A program made the position numbers and the translations under genes. A stretch of 64,000 nt of DNA from the NCBI RefSeq assembly GCF_963921235.1, contig NC_086097.1, positions 8,556,001 to 8,620,000 of the forward strand, read 5' to 3'. The stretch comes from Mobula hypostoma (Eukaryota). Positions 63,026-64,000 of the stretch are shown piece after piece (positions within the stretch are counted from its first letter, which is position 1; each line of letters begins with the position of its first letter). A model generated the notes under the pieces. That model was not told the DNA's origin. It did not search any database and was given only the letters and a program-made list of their open reading frames with translations.

Positions 63026-64000
63026 TTACTTCATGGCTTGGCTTCACAAACGAAGATTTAGGAAGGGGGCTGCCCACGTCCGCTGTAGACTCGTTGGTGG
63101 CTGATGAGGCCAATACGGGACAGGCCAGGCTCGGCCACAGCGACTGCAAGGGAAATTCTGTTCTGGGTTTGGTGCTGCAGTGTCACGGTTCTTCCTCCTT
63201 CTCCTTTTGTCCTCAATGCCAGCCCTGCGTGCGTTCTCGAAGGAGGAAACAGACTGGTGAATGGTGTGTCACCAGGCCTCGCGATCGGAGGCTAGATTAG
63301 ACCACTGGCGATGGTCAATGTGACAGGCACCAAGGGATTCCTTCAGAGAGTCCTTGTACCTTTTCTTCGGTGCCCCTCTGTCACGGTGGCCAGTGGAGAG
63401 TTCACCATACAGCACAATCTTGGGCAGGCAATGATCCTCCATCCTGGAGACGTGCCCTGCCCAGCGCAGCTGCGTCTTCAACAGCATGGCCTCGATTCTG
63501 GTGACCTCCGCCTGTTTGAGGACTTCGATGTTGCTGACGAAGTCACTCCGGTGGATGTTGAGGATGGTGTGGAAGCAGTGCTGGTGGAAATGCTCAAGGA
63601 GTCGTAGGTGGTGACGGTAGATGACCCAGGACTCAGACCGTACAGGAGGGTGGTCAGTACAACGGCTCTGTACACGCTGATCTTTGTGCCTTTCTTCAAA
63701 TGCTTGTTGTTCCAGATTCTTTGTACAGCCTGCCAAATGCACCGTTTGCCTTTGTCCGTCTGTTGTCAATCTCTTTGTTGATCTTGGCATCTGACGAGTT
63801 GGTGCACCCCAGGTAGCTGAACTGGTGGACTGGCTTCAGCTCTACCTCACCGATGGTGATGCAGGGAGGGTGGTAATCTTCCTGAGGTGTGGGCTGATGG
63901 AAAACTTCTGTCTTCTTCAAGCTGATTTCTAGTCTGAAGAGCTCGGCAGCCTTTGCAAAGCAGGATGTTATATGCTGCAGGGCTGTCTCTGTGTGGGCAA
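63026..64000 (-). mobile_element. RTE-clade LINE 3' part, continuing beyond the window
   Basis: ISLKKTEVFHQP, FSYLG, QLRWAGHVSRMEDHCLPKIVLYGEL..G.R.RGAPKKRYKD and a C-terminal Cys/His motif; frameshifted. Confidence 0.9.

Noticed and set aside
1..64000. CRISPR arrays, rRNA, prokaryotic operons or intact autonomous TE ORFs
   Set aside because: None seen. The listed ORFs are TE fragments, antisense frames or short chance ORFs.

Overview
This is vertebrate nuclear DNA, most likely from a cartilaginous fish (ray or shark). That call is an inference from HE1-type V-SINEs and HER1-type CR1 LINEs. The window is dominated by decayed, often nested transposable elements: CR1, Rex1/Babar, RTE, R4/Dong-like and L1 LINEs, Penelope-like elements, a Gypsy relic, solo LTRs, Tc1/mariner/Tigger derivatives and several SINEs. 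I found no intact host gene, only a few candidate short exons on the minus strand. The most notable signal is RNA structure. Two non-coding, RTE-related retroposon families (1040-1620 and 25714-26288; 60306-61002 and about 48921-49440) start at an HDV/CPEB3-type ribozyme fold. Both families carry the same unusual extra hairpin in loop L3. A Penelope pseudo-LTR also carries a minimal hammerhead ribozyme. All alignments and folds were done by eye, and repeat boundaries are approximate unless a TSD or TIR is quoted.
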